Source of the DNA: Tubiluchus corallicola
Taxonomy: Eukaryota > Animalia > Priapulida
Length of the DNA stretch: 42,460 nucleotides
Assembly (NCBI GenBank): GCA_030141605.1
Contig: JAQGDQ010001402.1
Coordinates: forward strand, 1-42,460
Direction: 5' to 3'
Translations under genes and position numbers: made by a program
In this document: positions 21,803 to 33,830 of the stretch, in pieces
Layout of the letters: every line of letters starts with the position of its first letter
Numbering within the stretch: the stretch's first letter is position 1
The notes under the pieces: generated by a model
The model's database searches: none
What the model saw: the letters and a program-made list of their open reading frames with translations, nothing else
Told to the model about the DNA's origin: nothing

Positions 21803-23058
21803 CCTGACTTGTGTTTAGTCCTCTGGTTTTCAACTGTTTTTAGTGTTCTGGCTTATGTTTGGCCCTCTGATTTTTAACTATTTTTAGTGTTCTGGCTTAT
21901 GTTTGGCCCTCTGGTTTTCAACTGTTTTTAGTGTTCTGGCTTACGTTTGGCCCTCTGGTTTTCAACTGTTTTTAGTGTTCTGGCTTATGTTTGGCCCTCT
22001 GGTTTTCAACTGTTTTTAGTGTTCTGGCTTATGTTTGGCCCTCTGGTTTTCAACTATTTTTAGTGTTCTGGCTTATGTTTGGCCCTCTGGTTTTCAACTG
22101 TTTTTAGTGTTCTGGCTTATGTTTGGCCCTCTGGTTTTCAACTGTTTTTAGTGTTCTGGCTTACGTTTGGCCCTCTGGTTTTCAACTGTTTTTAGTGTTC
22201 TGGCTTGTGTTTGGCCCTCTGGTTTTCAACTGTTTTTAGTGTTCTGGCTTATGTTTGGCCCTCTGTTTTTCAACTGTTTTTAGTGTTCTGGCTTATGTTT
22301 GGCCCTCTGGTTTTCAACTGTTTTTAGTGTTCTGGCTTGTGTTTGGCCCTCTGGTTTTCAACTGTTTTTAGTGTTCTGGCTTATGTTTGGCCCTCTGGTT
22401 TTCAACTGTTTTTTTAGTGTTCTGGCTTATGGCCCTCTGGTTTTCAACTGTTTTTAGTGTTCTGGCTTACGTTTGGCCCTCTGGTTTTCAACTTTTTTTA
22501 GTGTTTTGACTTATGGCCCACGGGTTTTCAACTGTTTTTAGTGTTCTGGCTTATGTTTGGCCCTCTGGTTTTCAACTTTTTTTAGTGTTTTGACTTATGG
22601 CCCACGGGTTTTCAACTGTTTTTAGTGTTCTGGCTTATGTTTGGCCCTCTGGTTTTCAACTTTTTTTAGTGTTTTGACTTATGGCCCACGGGTTTTCAAC
22701 TGTTTTTAGTGTTCTGGCTTATGTTTGGCCCTCTGGTTTTCAACTGTTTTTAGTGTTCTGGCTTATGTTTGGCCCTCTGGTTTTCAACTATTTTTAGTGT
22801 TCTGGCTTATGTTTGGCCTTCTGGTTTTCAACTGTTTTTAGTGTTCTGGCTTATGTTTGGCCCTCTGGTTTTCAACTATTTTTAGTGTTCTGGCTTATGT
22901 TTGGCCCTTTGGTTTTCAACTGTTTTTAGTGGTCTGGCTTATGTTTGGCCCTCTGGTCTTCAATTGTTTTTTTAGTGTCCTGACTTATGTTTGGCCCTCT
23001 GGTTTTCAATTGTTTTTTTAGTGTCCTGACTTATGGCCCTCTGGTTTTCAAGTTTTTT
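21803..23058 (-). repeat. 44-bp minisatellite array, inverted copy (~29 units), inside an ARL6IP1 intron
   Basis: Reverse complement of the same unit, with degenerate units at both ends. Confidence 0.97.
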
Positions 23059-23153
23059 GATGCTATTATTAATGTAATCTTGAATTGAGTTTTTTATGTG
23101 TCTTTAAATAAGAGACTAAACTGTTTTTCTCATGATAATTTTTTGTTCTCCAG

Positions 23154-23271
23154 GACGGGTGAGAAAGAGAAGCAATATGAAGAAATCTGCACACGAATCT
23201 TGCACATTCGTGACCACGTGTACAATTTCCTGACGATGCTTGCTGATCTGAAGAACAAGAAACCCAAAGTT
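23154..23271 (+). CDS. ARL6IP1: ARL6IP1 exon 4 equivalent, 118 nt
   Basis: ttctccag|...|gtgagt. Phase fits the previous exon (TG|G = Trp). Encodes TGEKEKQYEEICTRILHIRDHVYNFLTMLADLKNKKPKV. Confidence 0.9.
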
Positions 23272-24118
23272 GTGAGTAGCTGGTTTCTGTTAGCGCCTAG
23301 TTGTCTTTGCGTAATTTGGTCTTTGACCTGTTTCCGCCTTCTTCGTGTTCAGAAGTGAAGGATGTTTCATGGTTAGGGCAAGCTAGCGAAATCTAATGGC
23401 GCCAATGAGATGTAATTGCTGTTTAGTTATTTGAGCTGGATTTCATGGTTTTGCGCAGTCTTTGAAGCATCGTACAGTCAGCTGGATTTCATGGTTTTGT
23501 GCGATCTTTGAAGCATCGCACAGTCAGGGCAAAAATAATGAGATAATTGATTCTTTTGAAGTATTCGCAACAATATCATTGAAAGATTGTTTGAGAGAGT
23601 CATCTGTTTAAAATTCTGTACTGTCCAAGACTAAACAACCGGTCTAAGTTTAGGCATCCCAGATTTCTATCATGGTTGTTACTGTAAGATGTTTGCTTTC
23701 TTTCATCAGGAGAAACAACAACTGGTCAGTTAAACAAATATTTTTTCTTGGTTTTGAATAGTGTTTGGAATGCATGTTGCTTGTTTAGACTCTGAGTTCT
23801 ACTGCTTTCATCTATGATTGAGGTTTGTTCTGCCACCTGTTGGCAGGAACTGAAACTATTATGCTTTTTTAAGTCAAACTGGCTGAACCTATTATTGTTT
23901 TAACTATGCAACAATTTTGCTATAAAAACTTCAAAAGTGTTTTTTACTTCATCTGTTAAGGCATTTTTTGGAAACTTACAATCGTTGTTTTGTAAACGAT
24001 ACTAAACATTCGTAATGGCATTCAAAACAAAATTGCAATTTTTTCATACTTTTTTTATATATTTGTGAGTTTTTGATGCAACTCATTTGATATTAAACGA
24101 AGAAAGTGATTGCAATAA

Positions 24119-24478
24119 TGTTGTGTTTTGTTTCTCTCGGAAGTCTCGTAGAGAAAACCAGAAAACACTTCATCAAATTAAACTAGTTTACTAAGCGAGA
24201 ATTCTGCAACACAGGAACGTGAAATGTTTAAAGTAAATGTGATAATCTGGAAAACGTTTGAGTGTATCTGAAAATACAAGTATACAAGAGAATGTGTAAG
24301 TGTGCGTCCGTGTGAATCTGTATGTGTCTGTCAGCGGCCTGCTTCGCTTTATATAGGGTGCCAGGGAACATTCTAAACGAGCCTTTCTAGAACATTCTAC
24401 AAGGTAAGACGATTATTCTAATGGAACATTTTACAATGTTCTATTTGATTCTAATAGATGCCAGCGATCTCCACGACA
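24119..24478 (-). mobile_element. Solo LTR, mirror copy
   Basis: Reverse complement of 17315-17674 with several substitutions. Confidence 0.8.
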
Positions 24479-25214
24479 AATATTAATGTACTTTAAGTTT
24501 TTCATTCGGACTGCTTCAAAGAAGACCGGCTGTTATTTAGGATAAGTAGTACAGGTATAAATGCAAAAACACGAATGAACAGCTCTAAATGCAGAGAAAT
24601 CTTTTAACTAATTTTCTAATGAAAGATGGGTATAAATGGCTCTTCTTGAAGTCAGACTGCAAGTTACTGGGATGCGGTTTTCTAGTAAACAATTCCACAA
24701 ATAAGAGGCCCGAGGAAAAAAGTGGCTGGCCTTTGCGTATAAATGTCTAGGGATGTATAAATTTTGTTTGTGAGCCAATGAGCAGTGATCTGAGAATATC
24801 TTGCGTAACAGCAGTGGTAAAAGCAACTTATCAGAGTCATACTTGGCACGAATCAGACAGTTCGCTTTGTTCTTTAAAATCTTTTTACAGTAAGAAACAC
24901 GTAAACAGAAATTAAACTTACTTAATTACAATGTAAACGGGGCTGAAGTTCGTTGCAAAAGTCACTAATAAATTTTAAATCTATTTGTAAACTGTTGTAA
25001 TTAGAAAAATTAAAGCTTTTATAGTCGTTACTGAAAATTGTATGCCAAAATACTGATCGCCTTCAGAAGCTATGTTTTTTTACTGTTGCAAAAAGCAGTC
25101 ATTTGTTGTTAGATGTATTATTTTATCTAACGTGTAAATCTATGTGTAAATTTTGTTTTTTGGTTTATTTACTTTATTTATTTACATTGTAAACAATTGA
25201 AATTTTGATTACAG

Positions 25215-25299
25215 TATTTTGTCTCGGTGATGGGAGTGCTTGCAATGACAGCTTGGATAGGTAATCTTATTGACAACCTATGTCTGGCTTACCTGATTG
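25215..25299 (+). CDS. ARL6IP1: ARL6IP1 exon 5 equivalent, 85 nt
   Basis: gattacag|...|gtaggt. Encodes YFVSVMGVLAMTAWIGNLIDNLCLAYLI; compare YFMTMIVSLAAVAWVGQQVHNLLLTYLI. Confidence 0.9.
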
Positions 25300-25585
25300 G
25301 TAGGTAAAAATATTGCACCTGTCTTCTCAACTAGTTTAATAAAAATCAGTATTTACGTATGTAAAAACTCGTCAATCAATCTTAATTGCAAGGTTATTTA
25401 TGATTGTTGGAATGAAGCTAAAATTATTGAAACCAAACTTGTTCGTTTTTGGGCGATTTTGAAATTTTTTAATTCGATTACAATCTTGTTGCTTTAATTT
25501 GATATCATGATTATTGTTTTGCGATGATTTTTTAGCATTTTAGGCAAATTTTTCAAACATTGCAGCACTAAAATACAGCCTATGT

Positions 25586-26087
25586 CAAGGGTGTGCAAAT
25601 TATCTGACTAGCCGGGCCACATTAAACTTTCCCGCAATTCCTGCGGGCCACAGGCAGTTTGATCAAGGAGCCAAGTACGGAAAGGCCTAATAACAATTTT
25701 TTTGCATCCGACCTGCGTACATCATTACTAATACACTCAAGAAACTATTTTAGAAGTTATTAAAATTTATATTACAAACCATATATTTCTACTTTCAGGT
25801 CAGATAGTGGTAATTTCATTACAATGCATATTAGTAATGTGTATCACACAGTCTGTGCAGTACAGTGTTATTAAGCTACAACCGTCTTGTAAGGGTTAAT
25901 GGCATCCGATCTAGTAGAAAAAACTACCCGCACTATCTTTGGGATCGTGGCACGGACTTTAGCTGGATACACTCAATTAATCGCCCGGGCCGCACTTTCA
26001 TTACAAGTTGACAAATCTCTTCGCGGGCCGCACAAATTCTCTCGGCGGGCCGTAAGTGGCCCGCAGGCCGCAATTTGCACACCCCTG
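25586..26087. mobile_element. hAT-superfamily MITE, mirror copy
   Basis: TIRs CAAGGGTGTGCAAATT / AATTTGCACACCCCTG with a perfect 8-bp TSD gcctatgt. Confidence 0.92.
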
Positions 26088-26905
26088 GCCTATGTGGTTT
26101 TCGTTGCTGTCTGCCATTTTCATACTTGCAAAATATGTTTATAGATACGTACATTCATTAACTACTCTATTGCTATGTCAGCTACACGTATCACTTGTTA
26201 TGTCATTATGTCTAACTACATAAGAATTCCGTTTATTTGTGCTAAAACACTGCCTTTTAGTCAGCGTGTAAAGCGTATATTTTGCTCTCCGTTAATCTAG
26301 ATTGAGTGAATTACTGTTCAATCGCCGATTATAGCGATTTATGCGTGGTTGTAATCTCGATTAATTTGATTAATCTATTAATCGCCCATCACTACTTGTT
26401 CCAAGGAAAAAATGGAAACGTTCAAATGACACATCTAAATTTATTATAAAAAAATAATCTATCAGTACACAAGCTCACTTTTAATAAACATGTTGAATTT
26501 GATTATTGACATGTAACGATAGAATTATAACCTACCATGATTATTGTGGGTCAGTAGTATAGTTGTCATGGCAACTGAGTTCGAATGCAGGCTCAGCCAT
26601 GCCTCTTCATGTTAAATTTTGCTTCTTTTTGGACCCATTAGTCTTCGTAATTCAGTAATTGTTGATTAATGTCATTGTGAGTCAATAGATATTGCCTTCA
26701 AGAACTTTTTCACATTATTGGTTTGTAGTTCAGCTCTGTTAGAATTCTCTGACTGCTAAAGATTCTTCTGTGCAGTTGAGCCGCTTCAGCTTTTGTTATT
26801 GTCTAGAATGTTTACAGAACGCATGTCTGAGCACACTGCACAGCTGTATTACCATTAAGGTAAATGGTACTTGTAAGAGCAAAAAAAATATGTATGCATG
26901 TACTA

Positions 26906-27379
26906 CAGTCAACCTCGGATATAAGGGACACCTCGCGACCGGAAAAACCGTCCCTTATATCCAGTGTCCCTTATAGCCAAAGTTGAGTCAGACCGAGGGT
27001 GTATCTAGACCTGTACTTTTCTGCACTTTTACCCATTATTTTTATGGATTATTGCAACACATTCGGTGCAAACGGTATGTAGGAAGCTCCTTCAGTGATG
27101 CGAGATGTATGTGACCACGGAAACCGAGCTGTTCGAAGGCCGAGTTTGCGAAAAATTGAGGTTAAAAATCGATCAATTTCGCTTTGATCATAGGATCCCT
27201 TATAATTTACCTGGGTTTCTATTACGCGAGACCTGAAAATATCGTCCCTTATAACCGAAAGTCCCTTACATCCGAGTACCTTATATATGAAGATTTTTAC
27301 ATAGGAAAAACATTACGAAAAATGGGGACTGGTGTTGGTGGTCCCTTATAAGCGAGTTGCTTATACCCAAGGTTGACTG
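26906..27379. mobile_element. Tc1/mariner (pogo/Tigger-like) MITE, mirror copy
   Basis: TA|CAGTCAACCTCGGATATAAG ... CTTATACCCAAGGTTGACTG. Confidence 0.8.
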
Positions 27380-27487
27380 TGTGTGAAGTTATACAGATAC
27401 TGTGTACGAGATTATTTCAGATTAATGTTTATAAATCTTTTTATAAACCTTTCACTCTGACATATTTTGTTTCCTCTTGTCTTCCAG

Positions 27488-27606
27488 TGTCATTCCTCGT
27501 CATGCTTCCGGGATTGCGGTACCACGGAATCATCCAGCAGGTCTCCAAGAAAGTGTTATCAACGATCCAGCAAACCATCGGAGGCAAAAAGCAGAAGGCC
27601 ACATAG
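27488..27606 (+). CDS. ARL6IP1: ARL6IP1 terminal coding exon, 119 nt to stop
   Basis: cttgtcttccag|. Encodes VSFLVMLPGLRYHGIIQQVSKKVLSTIQQTIGGKKQKAT*, with the LPGL..HGII motif and a C-terminal KxKxx ER-retrieval signal. Confidence 0.9.
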
Positions 27607-29580
27607 GCAGTGCTGCCACCTAGCGCGAGGATTCTAAACCATTGTAGCAGAAGTTGGTGTACAATTCACGAGTTACTGTGGAGAGCATAAAGCGTAAATG
27701 ATATGATTTTTTTCTCGTATTGTTTTATACTGCAAATTCATCTATAGTTTTAGATAATGTTTGATACTTGGCCTTGATATGTGTTGATTATTCTTTGATA
27801 TGTTGTTTTCAGATTGTACTGAATTTCACGTTGGTTTTTTGTACTGTACTTTTCTCTGCATACCTCGTAAAGCATTCGTTTTCCTTTCCTTAATGGCCAA
27901 AAATTAGATGCCAAAGAAAGACGTAACTAAACCTGCTTCTTATATTATATGTTCCTGCGAATTCGAACCCGATAGTTAATAATCTTATTTCCTCATTTTT
28001 ACTGTACAAGCAACAAACACCGGGTAAAATTTACTGTGTATTTGCAAAATTTTAAAAATTTGTAGCATTTAATCTGTTCTGTGCTATGCATTTTTCCCTA
28101 GAAATAATATTTTAGCGTACAGGGTGTTAATAGTTACATAGTATCTATAGAATATATATATTTCAAAGACGAAAAGTTTTAGCAAGAAGTATCTAGAATC
28201 AATTTGGGTCATGCAGGTATCACAGCAAGATTTAGAATGGACTGTTCATATTGCATTTATATCTAAGAGGCTTAGTATGGTATGCAAAAATTTGATCTTA
28301 TGATGAAGTCTGCAAAATAAATTATCATATAGCTTGCGGCAATTTGTGAACGAATTTGCAGCTAAGAATCATTCATTGAAACAGTTGACCGTGAGCATTT
28401 TGGTCACCAGTAACTTTGGTTTGTTATTTATCGGCCATAAGTGTGTGACGGTAATCAAAATTATCGACTTGTAAACAAAATAATAGTCATCATTTGCTAC
28501 TACACTCTTGTGTGTCTTTGCTTTTGAATTATTATGTATAATTATGGATATATGTAAAAATGATGTCTCCATTATCCCATTTAATATGTGTAAAATCATG
28601 AGTTCTATATTGTAAGCTAGTCTGTTTTTATTGGCTAATGCATCTATAGTACGTGTTGTTGTTGTGGACGTATATACATAAATCTTTGTTTCTTGCGAAT
28701 AACATGTATTTCCCTAGATCGAGTTGAGATTGCACCTTTTGCTTATTGCATTGTGTTCACAAGTTGTGTTTATGTATGTGTTTTACAATAGTTTAACTGC
28801 AAACTTATTATACAAATTGTATAGTTGTGATGTGTGTTTTAGTATTATTGTGTCACTAAGAATTGCTGTTAGTTATTGAGATTTGATTTGCGAACGGATG
28901 TTCAGTTTCATTTACGTTTAGCGAGAGATACATCCTTCACTTGCTAAACTGTGAGCACTTTTCCCATGTTATGGTTGAGTGCTGTTTTAGTCACTGTGAG
29001 ATACAATTTTTTGATACTTTACTGCTGTTGATATAGAATAGATGTTAATTTAGTTTCCACATTTTTGTGTACTGGATACAGTTTAGTAGTGCCTAGTTTA
29101 AGTCAGTTTGATTCTAAGTCACAACGTTTTAGATATAGCACTATTTAGGCCTTGACTACCATTTTGTATACATACTTGTTTAGGTATATAATTATTATGA
29201 TATAGAAAAAATACTTTGTTGTTTAATTACAGTGTTGTAATTTCAATTATGTTTTGCTGAATGTGTTTACAATATAGATTTGTGCATACTGTCAAAATAG
29301 GCGGCGTCAACAGTAAACATTTATAACTTATCAGGTTTATATATTTAGTGTAGTATTGTTTTGCATATGTATATATAAGAACAACCAGTTATGTCATTTT
29401 GTGCTTGATAAGTGAAATTTAGTATTTGTACAACTTCCTAAACAAAAACTGGGCATTTTCTCTACATGAGTCACTTAACTGACCTTTCTTTTTAATGATT
29501 AAAAATTGACGGGAAAATTTTTTAACTAAGCTCAATATCCGTAGTTTTGATGACATAAACTGCTGGTATTTCTTGTACAG

Positions 29581-29900
29581 CAGTGGTTCCCAAAGTAGGG
29601 GTAAATCACCCCCCCCCCCGGGTAATATGTTTTTTTTGGGGGGGGGGGTAATGGGCACCCCTCTGAAAATTTTTAAAACTTCGCTCGGAATGCATTTTAC
29701 GTAGTTTTCTTCTTGAAGAGACTGCCAACAACAACAACACCTGGAAATTTATTTATGTCACGAGCAAACATAAATAATTTTGCTTGCTTGTGGCATATAC
29801 GTGTGTTTACCTTTTGAGTTGGAGAAGTAGTACTAGGTGGGGGGTAATGGACACGACCGGGTTTCCCGATTTGGGTAACGGTCTGAGAAAGTTTGGGAAC
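29581..29900. mobile_element. hAT (Charlie-like) MITE, right arm only
   Basis: Starts CAGTGGTTCCCAAA and ends TTTGGGAAC (clipped TIR). Flanked by duplicated tcttgtacag. The left arm has an empty site at 12246-12255. Confidence 0.85.
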
Positions 29901-31838
29901 TCTTGTACAGGGTGTAATGAAAAGATAACCCCCACAGGAGTTGTGTGATCATAATCCCATTTTGATTAAAAGATCTCAGCACTGTGAATGTCGACAATCC
30001 CTGGTATTAAAATAATTGTTCTTTATTCAAAATTAGGTGGTATTTTTGGTGGTTTTCGCTTAATCCTTCCGTTTTCTGCCCAGTACAGGTAGATTAGTCA
30101 TTTCTTCACACTGTGCAGCAACGTGGTGCTGTTCCTACTACTTCTTTTTGGCCCACTTTGAGAAATTTTAAAAGTGAATTGGTCACAGTTGTTACGTGTG
30201 TACCGTGCACTTGCTGATCTTTTTTCTGAAATAATCTGAAATATGTAGCGCTTACTGGGTTTTTGTTTGATGTAGATCAATTTCTGTAAATTTACTAACT
30301 GTGAGATTTTGTGTTTTTCACACTGCAGCTGTTTGGAATTAGCTCACTGGCATGTGGAGAAATGATCGAAGTCGCTTTCAATTTTAGTTTATTTTAACTG
30401 TTTTGCTGTCGGTTATTTTTCACTTTGCTTACGCCATGCCTAACCGATCCTTGTGTAAACCAATCAGCAGTTTTATCTGATGAGTCTACCAGATCAGTAG
30501 CAGGGAAACTTCAGTTCGCCTCTTTCGATTTTAAAAATAGCCCTGAAGCTGGTTCGAGTTTAATTTTACCACTGTTTCTTTTATAATTACTTTCAGTTAT
30601 TAAATTAAACTTGATCTTTTTTCTTAAAGATGAGGAAATCTGTGCAAATTACGCGACCACGTGCGGGAGGGGGGTTATACATCCGCCCTTTGCGTAGTTG
30701 CATTACGTCACATCTGTCTAGTCATATAGATGTTCATTTTTTCACTCCATCTTTCCTCGTCTGACAAGTTGTTGTGGTTTAATTTGTGAGGTATTTCACA
30801 CTTTTTTGTGCAAAAACCCACTTTTGCAAACTGCTAACAATATTTGCGCTTATTCTTCTCGTGGTGTCATAATTCACTGACACTTTGCATGTAGTTCAAC
30901 AGTTGCTGTTTGCAAGTTATAGTAATGTAACTGTATTGGAAAAAGATGCAGAAATACCATTGTACCCATTTTTCAGTTACTCTATTATCATGTAACTGTA
31001 CCATTCATTAGCAGTATTAATGTGAATTATTCAGGGAATTGTTGCTTGACTGGCTACTGCCATTTTTACTTTTTTTCAAAATTTCTGCTTGTTCATTGCA
31101 ATCACTTCGTTTTTTTGTTACTTATATAATAGTTATGCCTTTTTTACTTTTGGTCAGGCTACAGCTTGTATTTGTTTTTAGTCACGTGCATTGCTTGTAC
31201 GTGAATTCATACTTTTAACTTGAAATACAAGTTTTCTTATTCCTTGTAATTGCTATTGCAGCATACTATTAGCTAAATTAAATTCTGTACGGGTATCATG
31301 CAAAACTTGTGGCGTCATCTATTGGCAGGAAAAAAGAAATTAAAGATTAACATCCATTAACTTCTAAGTATAAGGCGCGTATTTTTATTTGCAGTTTTGG
31401 TGCCACTCATACATGTGTCTGTACTTTTAGGTGCATCTTATTCAATGTAAAATAACCATGGTGTGTATTGATAATTTTCGTGCATCAGCTTTGTTATTGA
31501 TATTGTGATCGTTACTGTTCTTCGCCTCTGCATTATATAACCTCGTCTTTGTGTGCATCGAATTAAACGATTATTATTCATTGTGAAAACATTGTTTGTT
31601 TTCTTCATTAGTTAACCTTATAATAACAATTTTCATCTTTATAATCTTATAATAACAAGTACCCCTAAACACTAACACAGTAAAAATTAGTAAACTGACC
31701 TGCTTAAACTCTATAGCAACGCAACTCTGTTGAGAAGATTTACGAGTACAAGCGTTTAGTCAAATTATTAACTCTAAGAACAGATCTGTAACTAGAAATA
31801 TTTCGTAACAAATAGCGTCATTTCAAATAACCCATGAT

Positions 31839-32288
31839 CAGGCTGCATAAGATTATGGATATCCATAAAATAAGACCAAAAATCCATAAAATAAAATTTG
31901 AAAAATCCATAAAATGAAAATGTTTTTTGTGATTTTTTGTACAAAATAAGGCAATCAAAACTGAATACAGGCATTGGATTGGAAACTTCAGCCTAGAGGG
32001 CATTCTACATTCGTACCAAATAGATGAATTATTTGAACAGAAGTGATGAATTACAAGGCATTATCTCGTAAAATTTGAAGTCATATGAAACCGATAAAAT
32101 TAAAACTAAGTCCTGCGTGTTTAAAAACACGTTTCAAGCACTCCTGTTTTTACTTTTTAATTGATTTCCCCCTGGGCATCTCGTTCCAGATATAGTCCAT
32201 TTCTTATTTTATTGATATCCATAAAATAAAATTTCAAAAATCCATAAAATAAGCTATTTTATACATATCCATAATCTTATGCACCCTG
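31839..32288. mobile_element. hAT MITE, right arm only
   Basis: 24-bp TIR CAGGSTGCATAAGATTATGGATAT and 8-bp TSD cccatgat. The left arm has an empty site at 10321-10328. Confidence 0.93.
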
Positions 32289-32580
32289 CCCATGATCCAT
32301 ACCCTAGTAACAACCAAAGTGAAAAATATTTTTAGGCAAAAATATTGTGGCAATAGAAGCAGTCATTACTTATTAGGTGTCCATGTAATTATGTAAATTT
32401 ACAAACTCATGAACGACAGAAATAATTTTTGTTGAGCACAAAACCTTGATTTTTATGAGTGACTTCATTTCAGTAGCAAAAATTATTCAAGTACAAATTA
32501 ATACAAAAGCGCGCGAGAAAATAAGTTATTTAAATTGATCATAGTGCAAAAACCAGAATTTTCTTTCGGATAAATTTTGT

Positions 32581-32596
32581 GGCCCTGAAAAGGGCC
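32581..32596 (-). terminator. Histone 3' stem-loop of right-arm H2B
   Basis: ggccctgaaaagggcc on plus strand. Confidence 0.95.
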
Positions 32597-32628
32597 GGTT
32601 GGTTATTATGCATCCGAAGATGAGCTTC

Positions 32629-33006
32629 CTATGCAGAAGTGGTGTACTTCGTCACAGCTTTGGTGCCCTCACTGACAGCGTGCTTGGATAGTTCCCCAGG
32701 AAGGAGGAGGCGTACAGCTGTTTGGATTTCTCTGCTGCTGATAGTGCTTCTCTTATTGTGCTTGACAATGTTGCTAGCCTCAGTTGCCAGACGTTCAAAG
32801 ATGTCATTCACAAAACTGTTCATGACACGCATTGCCTTACTAGAGATACCAGTATCAGGATGGACCTGCTTTAACACTTTATAAATGTAAAGAGAAAAAC
32901 TTTCTCTTCTTCGTCTTCGCCTCTTTCCACCTTTCTTTCCTTCTCTGTTGACGGTTGTTTTCTTCCCAGCTTTTCCTGATTTCTTCGGATCTAACTTGGC
33001 AGCCAT
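32629..33006 (-). CDS. H2B: Histone H2B variant, second copy (identical protein)
   Basis: Mirror of 9406-9783. Stem-loop at 32581-32596. Confidence 0.98.
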   Translation of the reverse strand: MAAKLDPKKSGKAGKKTTVNREGKKGGKRRRRRRESFSLYIYKVLKQVHPDTGISSKAMRVMNSFVNDIFERLATEASNIVKHNKRSTISSREIQTAVRLLLPGELSKHAVSEGTKAVTKYTTSA

Positions 33007-33416
33007 TCTCACAATTTACACGTTCAAAAAAAATGCAAAATTCTACGACTCAATTAATAACTTGACACTTAGTAGCGCCGCGTTTTTATACACTTGAGCG
33101 GACAAAAAAAGGATTAAACGTGCACCACATTGCCCTGGCGTTAGAGTACACACTAGGATTGGAAATAATATATTTCGAAACTCGCGTTGGAGTACACACT
33201 ATAAAGATTATTGCTCGCTCAATATCTCAAACAGCACGTGTACTCTAACGTCCGCGTAACAAGATCCGTTGACAGTGTGGTGTTTAATCCATAAAGTACG
33301 TATAAATACCGTCGTAACGATTCTGGGTTTTAATAACTTTAATATAACTAATGTGAAATTTTTTCAGTTGGGATTTTGTTTTTAAGTCAGATAAAGCAAC
33401 ATTTGTTTCACTGAAA

Positions 33417-33785
33417 ATGTCTGGACGAGGTAAAGGTGCAAAAAAGGGAGGCAAAAAGAAGTCAAGATCAGCAAGAGCTGGATTGCAGTTTCCTGTTGGA
33501 CGGGTTCACCGGTATCTGAAAAAAGGTCATTACAGCAAGAAGGTTGGTGCTGGAGCTCCGGTTTATCTTTCAGCGGTGATGGAGTATTTAACCGCTGAAA
33601 TCTTAGAACTTGCTGGAAATGCAGCTCGCGACAACAAGAAGACAAGAATTGTTCCTCGCCATTTACAACTGGCTATAAGAAATGACGAAGAATTGAACAG
33701 GTTTCTGTCAAGTGTAACCATTGCGCAAGGTGGTGTTTTGCCTAATATTCAAGCAGTCTTATTGAAGAAGAAAACAGCAGCTTAA
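33417..33785 (+). CDS. H2A: Histone H2A variant, second copy (identical protein)
   Basis: Mirror of 8618-8986. Stem-loop at 33815-33830. Confidence 0.98.
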   Translation: MSGRGKGAKKGGKKKSRSARAGLQFPVGRVHRYLKKGHYSKKVGAGAPVYLSAVMEYLTAEILELAGNAARDNKKTRIVPRHLQLAIRNDEELNRFLSSVTIAQGGVLPNIQAVLLKKKTAA

Positions 33786-33814
33786 TCAGATCTCTTCTCC
33801 GATATTAACCAACC

Positions 33815-33830
33815 GGCCCTTTTCAGGGCC
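33815..33830 (+). terminator. Histone 3' stem-loop of right-arm H2A
   Basis: ggcccttttcagggcc. Confidence 0.95.

Noticed and set aside
18736-23058. CRISPR-like repeat arrays
   Set aside because: Units are head-to-tail with no unique spacers, there are no cas genes, and the context is a eukaryotic intron. This is a minisatellite.
26547-26599. tRNA/SINE-like segment with GTTCGAAT and terminal CCA
   Set aside because: Too short and no cloverleaf can be formed. At most a decayed SINE head.
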